Assembly (NCBI GenBank): GCA_965232515.1
Contig: CBDDPY010000002.1
Coordinates: 4,800,001-4,864,000, forward strand
Direction of reading: 5' to 3'
DNA: 64,000 nucleotides
DNA from: Alphaproteobacteria bacterium
Lineage (GTDB): Bacteria > Pseudomonadota > Alphaproteobacteria > GCA-2731375
Below the pieces are notes generated by a model that did no database searches, was not told the DNA's origin, and saw only the letters and a program-made list of their open reading frames with translations. A program made the translations under genes and the position numbers. The stretch's first letter is position 1; every line of letters starts with the position of its first letter. Shown here in pieces: positions 30,886 to 42,148 of this stretch.

Positions 30886-31018
30886 GTCAGGCGATCGTGT
30901 CTCTCGTCAGCGAGCGGTTATATTGGGCCAGGATCATGAAAAAGAAATTATGGGAATAGTGTCAAAAGTTAGCCCTAGGGGCGCCTAAAATTGCCACAGG
31001 TCATTGACAGTATTCGCC

Positions 31019-31034
31019 TTAACCATTTGTTAAC
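31019..31034 (+). promoter_or_regulatory. CtrA binding box
   Basis: TTAA-CCATTTG-TTAAC, perfect TTAA-N7-TTAAC in an AT-rich intergenic region. Confidence 0.65.
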
Positions 31035-31419
31035 CTTTCCTTGAACATCATTGTAAAAAGGCAGAACTACAGCCTCTTGCCGAGACACTAAGTCTGGCAA
31101 CTGCACCCAATTAATCTGCAAGCCGACTGTCGGCCCCTTCCGAATCACCCCTTCCTATAGGCTAGCACAACGCTTGCGTCGTGCAGCGGAAAAAATCTCC
31201 AGAATCAACGACTTCCGTTAACTAAGACCGACTTTTCGCGGCGCATGTACTAGGCATTCGACCAATGCCGGTGCCGGGCGCCAGAGCGTCGTCGCGTCAA
31301 CATCAGGCATTGAGCCGGCACCGAATCTGATGATGATATGATGCAATCGCGCGGCACCGATTGCCGGTGTATTCGGTCGCGGTGATGCACGATCAACGGG
31401 TGAGGGATAATTCTGTGTC

Positions 31420-32400
31420 ATGAAAGCGATGTTGTGTAAGGCCTATGGGCCGCCCGAGAGCCTGGTGCTCGAGGACATCGAGCCGGCCGCGCTGGGGGAA
31501 AACGATGTGCGGATCAACGTGCGGGCGGCCGGGGTCAACTTCCCCGATGTGCTGATCATTCAGGGCAAGTACCAGTTCAAGCCGCCGTTTCCATTCGCGC
31601 CCGGCGCCGAGTGCGCCGGCGACGTGGTCGAGGTCGGCGGCAAGGTTTCGCATCTGAAACCCGGCGATCGGGTGATTGCCAACACCGGACACGGCGCCTT
31701 CGCGGAACAGGTGACGACCTCGGCCCGCCGGGTCATGGCCATGCCCGATGAGATGGACTTTGTCACCGGCGCCTCGATCTCGCTGACCTACGGCACCACG
31801 GCGCACGCCTTCATCCAGCGGGCCGACCTGCAGCCCGGCGAGACGGTGCTGGTGCACGGCGCCTCAGGCGGCGTCGGTCTGGCCGCGGTCGAGATGGCGC
31901 GGGCCATGGGCGCGCACGTGATCGCCACCGGTGGCAGCGACGAGAAGCTGAAGGTGGCGGCCGAGCACGGCGCCGAGCACGTGATCAACTACAGCGCCGG
32001 CCCGTTCAAGGACCAGGTCAAGGAACTGACCGGCGGCAAGGGCGCGGACGTGATTTACGATCCCGTCGGCGGCGACGTGTTCGATCAGTCGCTGCGCTGC
32101 ATCAACTGGGGCGGCCGGCTGCTGGTCATCGGTTTCGCCAGCGGCCGCATTCCCGAGGCGCCGGCCAACCTGGCGCTGCTCAAGGGCTGCGCCATCGTCG
32201 GCGTGTTCTGGGGCGCTTACACCGAACGCGATCCGGCCGGCAACGCCAAGAACTTCGAGCGTATCTTCGGCTGGTGGCGCGAGGGCAAGCTGAAGCCGCA
32301 TGTCTCGCACCGCTTCCCGCTGGCCCAGGCGTCGGATGCGCTCTACGCGCTGATCGAACGCAAGGTGACCGGCAAGGCGGTGATCGAGATCGGCGCCTGA
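31420..32400 (+). CDS. NADPH:quinone oxidoreductase family (MDR)
   Basis: VNFPD..QGKYQ, HGASGGVG, GFASG. Confidence 0.92.
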   Translation: MKAMLCKAYGPPESLVLEDIEPAALGENDVRINVRAAGVNFPDVLIIQGKYQFKPPFPFAPGAECAGDVVEVGGKVSHLKPGDRVIANTGHGAFAEQVTTSARRVMAMPDEMDFVTGASISLTYGTTAHAFIQRADLQPGETVLVHGASGGVGLAAVEMARAMGAHVIATGGSDEKLKVAAEHGAEHVINYSAGPFKDQVKELTGGKGADVIYDPVGGDVFDQSLRCINWGGRLLVIGFASGRIPEAPANLALLKGCAIVGVFWGAYTERDPAGNAKNFERIFGWWREGKLKPHVSHRFPLAQASDALYALIERKVTGKAVIEIGA

Positions 32401-32414
32401 CGACGATCGGCCCC

Positions 32415-33668
32415 GTGGACACGGGCGACAAGGCGGTCCGCGCGCAGTACGAGGCCTATCCCTATCCGAACCGCGATCCGGCCGACGAGGCCAGACGGCT
32501 GATCACCGGTTCGCCCAGCCATTTGCTGGAGATCGAGCACTATGTCTTCTGCGGCCGGCGTGCCGGGCCGATCCGCGCGCTCGTCGCCGGTGGCGGCACC
32601 GGCGATGCCGCGATCATGCTGGCGCAGCATCTGGCCGACCGGGGAGAGGGCGGCGAGGTTGCCTATCTCGACATGTCGGCCGCCAGCATGGCCATCGCAA
32701 AGGCCCGCGCCGAGGCCCGCGGTCTGGCGAACATCCGCTTTCACCAGGGATCGCTGCTCGACGTCGCGAACCTGTTGCCCGGGCCGTTCGACTACATCGA
32801 CTGCTGCGGCGTACTGCACCATCTCGACGATCCGGCGGAGGGTCTCAACGCCCTTCTGTCGGTGCTGGCGTCGGACGGCGGCATGGGGATCATGCTCTAC
32901 GGTGCGTTGGGTCGGACAGGCGTCTATCCTTTGCAACGGGCGCTGCGACGCCTGGCCGGGGACGCGGCGCCGGCAGAGCGCGTGGCGCAGGCCCGCGCCT
33001 TGCTGAACGAACTGCCCGAGACCAACTGGTTCCGGCGCAACCCGTTTCTGGGCGACCATCTGCGCGGCGACGATGCCGGCCTTTACGACCTGTTGCTGCA
33101 TCCGCGCGACCGGGCCTTCACCGTGCCCGAAGTCGCCGAACTTTGCGATGGGGCTGGGTTGCGCATCACCGGCTTCCTGCCGCCGCTGCGTTACGACCCA
33201 TTACTTCTGTTGACCGACGACGCGCTGCGCCGCGCTGCGGCCGAGCTCCCTTGGTTGGAAGCCTGCGCGTTGGCCGAGGAGCTGGCGGGCAACCTGAAGA
33301 CGCATGTGTTCTACGCCGTCCGGCGGGACGCCGCCAACGGCGCGCCGGCCGAGCCGGCGCCGGCAGACGCCGTGCCGGTGCTGCGTGAAAACGCGCCGGA
33401 CAGTCTGGCGCGCGGTCTCGCGAAAACGGCCCGTCTGAAGATCGACCTGGACGGCATTTCGCAACGCTTCGACCTGCCGGCCGGCGCGGCCGATATCGTG
33501 CGCCTCGCGGACGGTCGTCGGAACCTGCAGGAGATTCACCGTCAATTGATGGTGCGAGACGCGAAACTCGATTGGCTCGCTTTCAAGGGCCGCTTCGACC
33601 GGCTCTACGGCTTGCTGCGGCCGCTGAACATGCTGCTGCTTGGCGGGCCCGGCGCGCCGGCGCGCTGA
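32415..33668 (+). CDS. Class I SAM-dependent methyltransferase
   Basis: QYEAYPYP, LVAGGGTG, FDYIDCCGVLHHL; start approximate. Confidence 0.85.
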   Translation: MDTGDKAVRAQYEAYPYPNRDPADEARRLITGSPSHLLEIEHYVFCGRRAGPIRALVAGGGTGDAAIMLAQHLADRGEGGEVAYLDMSAASMAIAKARAEARGLANIRFHQGSLLDVANLLPGPFDYIDCCGVLHHLDDPAEGLNALLSVLASDGGMGIMLYGALGRTGVYPLQRALRRLAGDAAPAERVAQARALLNELPETNWFRRNPFLGDHLRGDDAGLYDLLLHPRDRAFTVPEVAELCDGAGLRITGFLPPLRYDPLLLLTDDALRRAAAELPWLEACALAEELAGNLKTHVFYAVRRDAANGAPAEPAPADAVPVLRENAPDSLARGLAKTARLKIDLDGISQRFDLPAGAADIVRLADGRRNLQEIHRQLMVRDAKLDWLAFKGRFDRLYGLLRPLNMLLLGGPGAPAR

Positions 33669-33701
33669 CGGGTCGAGCATCGGTCCTAACGGCCGATACT
33701 T

Positions 33702-34190
33702 CTAGTCGAGAAAATTGATCGACGGCGGCGGCACGTCGGTCTGCGACAGCAGGCAATGCACCTGGCCGCGATGATGGGTTTGATGGTTGAAGATATGGGT
33801 CAGCAGATGGCCGAGCGCGTGCGTCTCGCGGCCGCCGGCGAGCGGCGACCAGGTCACATCGGATAACAGATCCCGATCCGTCAGCGCGTCGACGAAGGCG
33901 ATGATCGCCTCGTCTTCCCGCTTGCGGTCTGTCTGCAGGGCCGGCAGGGTGTCATGCAAAATCTGGTCGAGCGCGGTGATGCCATGCGGCTTGTCCCGTA
34001 GCCGTCCGAACCAGAGCCGGTCGCAGACCAGCAAATGGTTCAGCGTGTTGTGGATGCTGCCGAAATAGCACGGCCGAGAAGCCAGGTAGTCGGCGAGCTC
34101 CAGGCGGGCGCAAGCTTCGTACAGCGCCGCGTTGGCGCGCCGATTATAGCGCGCCAGGGCGCGGTAGGTGTCGATGGCGGGCGAGGTCAT
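33702..34190 (-). CDS. DinB family protein
   Basis: SIHNTLNHLL, HIFNHQTHHRGQ. Confidence 0.92.
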   Translation of the reverse strand: MTSPAIDTYRALARYNRRANAALYEACARLELADYLASRPCYFGSIHNTLNHLLVCDRLWFGRLRDKPHGITALDQILHDTLPALQTDRKREDEAIIAFVDALTDRDLLSDVTWSPLAGGRETHALGHLLTHIFNHQTHHRGQVHCLLSQTDVPPPSINFLD

Positions 34191-34213
34191 GCCGCCCCGC
34201 GTTCCGGCGGTCC

Positions 34214-34417
34214 TCAGATCCGCCAGAACGGCTTGTATGACTCGTCGATGGCCTGCTGTCGCGTCAAGCCCATGTCATGCAGCAGGCGGTCGTCCAGCTG
34301 CGACAGCAGGTGACGCTCGCTCGCCCGCGCCTGCCAGGTCAGCAGCGTGTCGGCAATTGCCGCGGGCAGTTGCTTCAGATCAAAACCCTTGATCGTAACC
34401 GGGAGCGCGCGAAGCAT
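34214..34417 (-). CDS. DUF1127 (YjiS-like) small protein
   Basis: LSQLDDRLLHDMGLTR...KPFWR; GAGGAG RBS. Confidence 0.92.
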   Translation of the reverse strand: MLRALPVTIKGFDLKQLPAAIADTLLTWQARASERHLLSQLDDRLLHDMGLTRQQAIDESYKPFWRI

Positions 34418-34516
34418 GTCGGTATCTCCTCATTTCGTGTTTTCGTGACTAATAAATGGCGGTTTACGGGCTTGACGACAAACGATCATTTCTCATATTT
34501 TCGATAAGTAAATTTT

Positions 34517-35440
34517 ATGAATCAGAAGCTTCAAAGCCGGCGTCTGCCGCCGCTCAACAGCATCCGGGCCTTCGAGGCGGCGGCTCGGCACCTGAGCTTC
34601 ACGCGCGCGGCCGAGGAGCTGTTCGTCACCCAGGCTGCGGTCAGCCATCAGGTCAAGACGCTGGAGGAATGGCTGGGCCTGCCGCTGTTCCGTCGCCGCA
34701 ACCGGCAGGTCTTTCTGACCGAGGCGGGACAGAGCTATCTGCCGGCCGTGCGCGAGGCGCTGGACGGGCTGTCGGCGGCGACGCGGCGGCTGGTCGAGCA
34801 GGACGCCGGCGGCACGCTGACGGTCAGCCTGCTACCGTCATTCGCGGCCAAGTGGCTGGTGCCGCGGCTGCGCGGCTTCCGCGAGCGCCATCCCGACATC
34901 GAGGTGCGGATTGACGCCGACGACAAGCTGGTCGATTTCAGCCGCGATGATGTCGATATCGGCATTCGCTATGGCGCCGGCGGCTGGCCCGGCGTCGAGG
35001 CCACCAAGTTCCTGACCGAGGACCGGTTCCCGGTCTGCAGTCCCGATCTGTTGCGGGGATCGCATCCGCTGCGGGCGCCCGCCGATCTTAAGCATCAAAC
35101 CCTGCTGCACGACGACACGCGGGACGACTGGCGGGCCTGGCTGCTGGCGGCCGGGATCGACGACGTCGACCCGCGCTACGGCCATGCCTTCAACGATTCC
35201 AGCATGCTGTTGGAAGCCGCTATCGACGGTCAAGGCGTCGCGTTGGCGCGTGGCGCGCTCGCCTCGCGCGACCTCAGCGCTGGCCGGCTGGTCAAGCCAT
35301 TCGATGTCGAGTTGCCCGCGCGCTTCGCCTACTACATCGTGCACGCTCCGGGCGCCGGCCAACTGCCGAAGATCCGTGCCTTTGTCGACTGGCTGCTATC
35401 GGTCGTCGCGGCCGAAGATGTTGTTGAGCGCGAAACTTGA
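34517..35440 (+). CDS. GcvA-type LysR regulator
   Basis: RRLPPLNSIRAFEAAARHLSFTRAAEELFVTQAAVSHQ. Confidence 0.93.
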   Translation: MNQKLQSRRLPPLNSIRAFEAAARHLSFTRAAEELFVTQAAVSHQVKTLEEWLGLPLFRRRNRQVFLTEAGQSYLPAVREALDGLSAATRRLVEQDAGGTLTVSLLPSFAAKWLVPRLRGFRERHPDIEVRIDADDKLVDFSRDDVDIGIRYGAGGWPGVEATKFLTEDRFPVCSPDLLRGSHPLRAPADLKHQTLLHDDTRDDWRAWLLAAGIDDVDPRYGHAFNDSSMLLEAAIDGQGVALARGALASRDLSAGRLVKPFDVELPARFAYYIVHAPGAGQLPKIRAFVDWLLSVVAAEDVVERET

Positions 35441-35518
35441 CCCGTCCCACTCCCCCACCCGACCACCCACGGAAGTATGCTTGATGGGTGGTCGGGTGGG
35501 GGAGTGGGACGGGTCAAG
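35436..35518. repeat. Perfect 34-bp inverted repeat between convergent genes (family E)
   Basis: CTTGACCCGTCCCACTCCCCCACCCGACCACCCA, 15-nt loop, exact reverse complement. Confidence 0.9.
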
Positions 35519-35541
35519 CCCTGGCCCTTAGGGCCAGTTCT

Positions 35542-37494
<1,953 letters not shown>

Positions 37495-37670
37495 ACGAAT
37501 CTCCCAGACAGCGTTGTTCGTTTCGGCGCAGTATCGCGGCTTCGTCCGATGCCGCCAAGTGGGGTCTGGCCTGCGCTTCCTGCACTGGTGCAAGTGGATC
37601 GGGGCCATTAGACTCCCGCACCAATGTCCTTCATGTCGGTTTTTTCCGTTCAGCCAGCAATCGAGCTGTC

Positions 37671-38630
37671 GTGACGGTCGGCAACGGCCAGGCCATGCGC
37701 GGCCGCCTGCTGGCGCTGCCGGCGAATGTGCGCGGTGCGCTGTGGGTGTTGCTGGCGGCGACGCTGTTCGCCGGCATGGGCACGCTCGTCAAGTTGCTGG
37801 GCGACCGCTTCGACAGCTTCCAGCTCGCCTTTTTCCGCGCGCTGTTCGGGTTCCTGGCGATCCTGCCGTTCGTCGTCCGCATGGGCGTCGCCGAATTGCG
37901 GACCAAGCGACCGGGGCTTCATTTCCTGCGCGGCATCGGCGGCGCCTCGGCCATGCTCTGCGGTTTCTACGCCATCACGCATCTGACGTTCGCCGACGCC
38001 GTGTCGTTGAGCTATGCGCGCTCGCTGTTCCTGATCCCGCTGGCGGTGGTGTTCCTGGGCGAGACCGTGCGCGCGCGGCGCTGGACCGCGACCGCCATCG
38101 GTTTCGTCGGCGTGGTCATCATGATGCGGCCGACCGGGGCCATCGAGCTGGCCACGTTCGTCGCCATCCTCGGCGCCTTCCTGGTCGCCGCCGTCACCAT
38201 CATGGTGAAGAAGCTGGCCGAGACCGACCGGCCGGAGACGCTGATCTTCTATTTCGGTGTGATCTCGACCACCGTCGCCCTGCTGCCGGCGCTGCAGGTC
38301 TGGCGGTCCCCGGCCTGGGACGAGCTCGCCTTGCTGATGCTCGTCGGGGCCTTTGGCGCGGGCGCGCAATACTGCATGATCCGTGGGTATCGCATCGGCG
38401 AGGCGACGGCGGTGATCCCGTTCGATTATGCGCGGCTGCTGCTCGTCGGCATCATCGGTGTCATCGTATTCGCCGAGATCCCGGACGCCTGGACGCTGAC
38501 CGGGGCCGCGGTGATCGTCGTCTCGACGCTCTATATCGCCTTGCGCGAGGCCCAGCTCGGCAAGCCGAAGGAGCCGGTCGAACCGTCGGTCAACCCGCCG
38601 GTCGTGCCGGCGGAGGCGAAACGGGACTAA
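37671..38630 (+). CDS. DMT/EamA family transporter
   Basis: Ten-TM pattern, QLAFFR, FLGE, PFDY. Confidence 0.9.
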   Translation: MTVGNGQAMRGRLLALPANVRGALWVLLAATLFAGMGTLVKLLGDRFDSFQLAFFRALFGFLAILPFVVRMGVAELRTKRPGLHFLRGIGGASAMLCGFYAITHLTFADAVSLSYARSLFLIPLAVVFLGETVRARRWTATAIGFVGVVIMMRPTGAIELATFVAILGAFLVAAVTIMVKKLAETDRPETLIFYFGVISTTVALLPALQVWRSPAWDELALLMLVGAFGAGAQYCMIRGYRIGEATAVIPFDYARLLLVGIIGVIVFAEIPDAWTLTGAAVIVVSTLYIALREAQLGKPKEPVEPSVNPPVVPAEAKRD

Positions 38631-39016
38631 TCGTCGTCGGGCAGCCCGTCGGCGCCTTTCGACAGCGCGATCCGCGCCTGTTCCCGGTGTTTGTCCGTAA
38701 CGTTGGCGCCGATGGTGCGCAGCGCCGTGAACAGCACCGCGGCATCGTCGGTAAAGCCGAGCGCGGCGATGAAGTCGGGGATCATGTCGGTGGGGATGAC
38801 GAAATAGGCGATTGCGCCCAGCAGCACCGCCTTGGCGTGCGCCGGCGTCGCCGGGTCCATGGCGCAGTAATAGGCCGCCACCAGCTCGTCGGCGAAGGGG
38901 ACGCGCGACAGGACCCGTTTCAGCTTCGGCCAGAAACGGCGGCGCAGCTTGGGCGTATCACGCGCCAGCTTTTCGGAATCGTAGACCGCGAGCTCGCGGC
39001 TGTCCGTCTCCATCAT
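38627..39016 (-). CDS. YkvA/DUF1232 family protein
   Basis: AYFVIPTDMIPDFIAALGFTDD. Confidence 0.9.
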   Translation of the reverse strand: MMETDSRELAVYDSEKLARDTPKLRRRFWPKLKRVLSRVPFADELVAAYYCAMDPATPAHAKAVLLGAIAYFVIPTDMIPDFIAALGFTDDAAVLFTALRTIGANVTDKHREQARIALSKGADGLPDDD

Positions 39017-39128
39017 CGATCCATTATATGGGGCGGCCGGTCGGCCGCCGCAACGCGGCTGACAACTCGCCAAGCCCCGGTTGATTTGTTATGACGCCGG
39101 TAATTCTGCAATAGGGAGCGTAAACACC

Positions 39129-39890
39129 ATGCAAATCGACGGAATTGCGGCTGTTGTCACGGGCGGTGCATCGGGATTGGGCGAAGCGACGGCCCGTGAA
39201 CTGGCGGGCGCGGGCGCGAAGGTGGCGCTGTTCGACCTGAACGAGGCCCGCGGCCAGGACGTCGCCGGCGAGATCGGCGGCCTGTTCGTGAGCTGCAACG
39301 TCGTCAGCGGCGATGGCGCCGCGGCGGCCTTCGCCAAGGCCAAGGAGGCGCATGGCCCGGCCCGGATCCTGGTGAACTGCGCCGGCATCGGCATCGGCAC
39401 CAAGACCACCAGCCGCGGCGAGCCGCATCCGCTCGATCAGTTTGCCAAGGTCATCAACATCAACCTGATCGGCACCTTCAACTGCATCCGCCTCGGCGCC
39501 ACCGACATGGTGGGCACGGACCCGCTGGACGACGGCGAGCGCGGCGTGATCATCAACACCGCCTCGGTCGCGGCCTTCGATGGCCAGATCGGTCAGGCCG
39601 CCTACTCGGCGTCCAAGGGCGGCATCGTCGGCATGACGCTGCCGATCGCCCGGGACCTGGCGGACAAGGGCGTGCGCGTGTGCACCATCGCGCCGGGCCT
39701 GTTCTCGACGCCGCTGCTGCACGGCCTGCCGGACGATGTGAAGGCATCGTTGGCGGCCAGCGTGCCGTTCCCGAGCCGCCTGGGCGAGCCGGCCGAATAC
39801 GCGGCGCTGGCCCGGCATATCGTCGAGAACGCCATGCTGAACGGCGAGACCATCCGTCTCGACGGCGCCATCCGCATGGCGCCGCGCTGA
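39129..39890 (+). CDS. SDR, 3-hydroxyacyl-CoA dehydrogenase type II-like
   Basis: [28 protein letters not shown]. Confidence 0.92.
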   Translation: MQIDGIAAVVTGGASGLGEATARELAGAGAKVALFDLNEARGQDVAGEIGGLFVSCNVVSGDGAAAAFAKAKEAHGPARILVNCAGIGIGTKTTSRGEPHPLDQFAKVININLIGTFNCIRLGATDMVGTDPLDDGERGVIINTASVAAFDGQIGQAAYSASKGGIVGMTLPIARDLADKGVRVCTIAPGLFSTPLLHGLPDDVKASLAASVPFPSRLGEPAEYAALARHIVENAMLNGETIRLDGAIRMAPR

Positions 39891-39942
39891 TCGGCTGCGC
39901 TAGACTAAGGATCGACAGGGGTATCGAAGGCGGGGTCGGAAC

Positions 39943-40773
39943 ATGCCGAAAAAGTTGTCGCGGGCGCAGATCGAGGCTTATCGGACGGAAGGCTATTTAT
40001 GTCCGATCCCCGGCATCGGCGGCGACGACGCGGCGCGTTTCCGGGCCTGCCTCGAGGCCTTCGAGGCCGAGCGTGGGACGACGCTCGGCCAGATGCCCGG
40101 CGCCATGCGGGCGAAGACGCACCTGCTGTTCACCTGGATGGCCGAACTGGTCCGGCATGCCGCGATCCTCGACGCGGTCGAGGATCTGATTGGCCCGGAC
40201 ATCCTGCTGTTTCATCTGACCTGCTGGCTGAAGGAGCCGGGTGACGGCGCCGTCGTGCCCTGGCACCAGGACGCGACGTATTTTGCGCTCGAGCCGTTCG
40301 AGCACGTCACCGCCTGGGTCGGCCTGACCGACAGCAGCATCGAGAACGGCTGCGTGCACGTGCTGCCGGGCAGCCACGACGAAGGGCAACAGACGCACGT
40401 GCAGGACAGTGTCGAGAACAATCTGCTGTCGCGCGGTCAGTCCCTGCCGGCCGATTACGACACCTCGAACGCCGTCGCGCTGACCATGGCGGCCGGCGAG
40501 TTCTCGCTGCACCACACGCATCTGATCCACCGCTCCGAACCGAACCGGACGGACGAGCGCCGCATCGGCATCGGCATCAGCTATGTGCCGGCGCGGGTCC
40601 GCCATCTGGGCCCGCAGCGTCTCAGCGCGTCGCTGGTGCGAGGCGAGGACCGGTTCGGCCATTTCGAGCCGGAGCCTCGGCCATCCCGCGATCTCGACCC
40701 GGCGATCGTCGCCCGGCACGCCGACTATATGGGCCGGTTCTTCCAGATCGACAGCGCGCCCACGGCCGCCTGA
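39943..40773 (+). CDS. Phytanoyl-CoA dioxygenase family protein
   Basis: WHQD, ENGC..PGSH, H.S..N...RR. Confidence 0.9.
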   Translation: MPKKLSRAQIEAYRTEGYLCPIPGIGGDDAARFRACLEAFEAERGTTLGQMPGAMRAKTHLLFTWMAELVRHAAILDAVEDLIGPDILLFHLTCWLKEPGDGAVVPWHQDATYFALEPFEHVTAWVGLTDSSIENGCVHVLPGSHDEGQQTHVQDSVENNLLSRGQSLPADYDTSNAVALTMAAGEFSLHHTHLIHRSEPNRTDERRIGIGISYVPARVRHLGPQRLSASLVRGEDRFGHFEPEPRPSRDLDPAIVARHADYMGRFFQIDSAPTAA

Positions 40774-40778
40774 GGCCG

Positions 40779-41198
40779 GTGCCGGTGCATCGAATTTTTG
40801 TCTACGGCACGCTGAAGCGGGGCTTTCCGAACTTCAACGCTGGCATGCAGGACCAGCGTTTCATCGGCCGCTATCGCACCGCCGAGGCCTATCCGCTGGT
40901 CATCGCCGGCCGCTGGCTGACGCCGGTGATGATCGCCGAGCCCGGCGCCGGCCACCGCGTGTTCGGCGAGCTGTTCGAGGTAACCGACCAGGCGCTGGCA
41001 TTGCTCGACCGCCTGGAAGGCACCCACCTGCCGGCCGGCTATCATCGCGACACAATCCAAGTCGAACACCCGGCCGATGGCGCCAGCGCGGATGCCTGGG
41101 TCTATTTCAAGCACCGCGACCGCATCGACGTCATCCACACCGAGCCGATGCCGGAATACGCCCTCGATCCGCGCTACATCCCGCCGACTAGACGCTAG
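40779..41198 (+). CDS. Gamma-glutamylcyclotransferase family protein
   Basis: FVYGTLKRG, GELFEV, LDRLEG. Confidence 0.9.
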   Translation: MPVHRIFVYGTLKRGFPNFNAGMQDQRFIGRYRTAEAYPLVIAGRWLTPVMIAEPGAGHRVFGELFEVTDQALALLDRLEGTHLPAGYHRDTIQVEHPADGASADAWVYFKHRDRIDVIHTEPMPEYALDPRYIPPTRR

Positions 41199-41820
41199 CG
41201 TCGACGGCCTTCAGCTCAGGAAATCCCTTGTACCGGTCGCTGTGATCGCCGGCGTGGTTGGTCATGCCTGGCTTGGTTAGGCAGCCCTTCGGCGCGACGT
41301 AGCTGTCGATCCGGCGGGTCGGACGTTCGTGCCAGGTGATGTTGAAGGCCGCCAGCTTGGGAAAGAAGTAGAGGCTGTCGTAGGGCAGGTGGTCGTGGAT
41401 CCACCAGGCGAGCGACCGCCAGTCGGCGCCGGCTTCATAGCGGTCGGCGAACCAGGGAACGACGACGCTCGCCGTGGCGCCCATGCAGCCGTCGGCGTCG
41501 CGGCGGTCCCAGATGTGATTGGCGTAGGTCGCCTCGTTGCGGGCGCAGCTCAGGCCGTGCTTGTTGCCGAAGGCGTTCACTTCCGGCGACCGGTAGGCCG
41601 AGCGGATCGCCAGACCGCCGAAGCTGGCGCGCAGCGGTTCCAGCAGCGCTTCGCACAGCCGGCGACCGGCGGCGATCGCGAGATCCGGGTCGTCGGGAAT
41701 GTTCGGGATGCCGTAGAAGCTGCCGATCTCGCTGTAGAGGAAGTCCCGGAAATAGAACGATTTCGACAATCGAACCCGGCCGAGCCGCTCCAGCCCCCGC
41801 ATCGATCCCGGCTTGCGCAA
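41188..41820 (-). CDS. Conserved hypothetical protein, peptidase M15-like fold
   Basis: RLSKSFYFRDFLYSE, LLEPLR, IRSAYRS..VN. Confidence 0.7.
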   Translation of the reverse strand: MRKPGSMRGLERLGRVRLSKSFYFRDFLYSEIGSFYGIPNIPDDPDLAIAAGRRLCEALLEPLRASFGGLAIRSAYRSPEVNAFGNKHGLSCARNEATYANHIWDRRDADGCMGATASVVVPWFADRYEAGADWRSLAWWIHDHLPYDSLYFFPKLAAFNITWHERPTRRIDSYVAPKGCLTKPGMTNHAGDHSDRYKGFPELKAVDASV

Positions 41821-41827
41821 GCGGCTG

Positions 41828-42118
41828 CTATCCGGCGTAGCCGTCGATCGCCTTGGCGAGCGCGATATCGCGTTCGCTCAGGCCGTCGGCGTCATGGGTC
41901 GACAGCGTGATGTCGACCCGGTTGTACACATTGAACCATTCCGGATGGTGGTCCATCTGATCCGCCTTCAGCGCGACCCGGGTCATGAAGCCGAAGGCCG
42001 CGTTGAAGTCCGCGAACTGAAAGCTCTTTTCAATCGCATCCCGCCCCTCAACCTCTTTCCAGCCGGACAGTTCCGCCAGCGCGGCGGCGCGCGCCGCCGC
42101 GTCGAGTTTCGCGATCAT
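41828..42118 (-). CDS. phhB: Pterin-4a-carbinolamine dehydratase
   Basis: [17 protein letters not shown]. Confidence 0.92.
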   Translation of the reverse strand: MIAKLDAAARAAALAELSGWKEVEGRDAIEKSFQFADFNAAFGFMTRVALKADQMDHHPEWFNVYNRVDITLSTHDADGLSERDIALAKAIDGYAG

Positions 42119-42148
42119 GTCTCCGTCTCCCTTGTCGGCGCTATCCGA

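Noticed and set aside
30981-30996. Sigma54 promoter for synthase 2 (minus strand TGGCAATTTTAGGC)
   Set aside because: GG-to-GC spacing does not fit -24/-12.
34191-34213. Cuckoo (CCUCCUCCC) sRNAs downstream of the DUF1127 gene
   Set aside because: Only about 23 bp before dinB, and no CCTCCTCCC motif.
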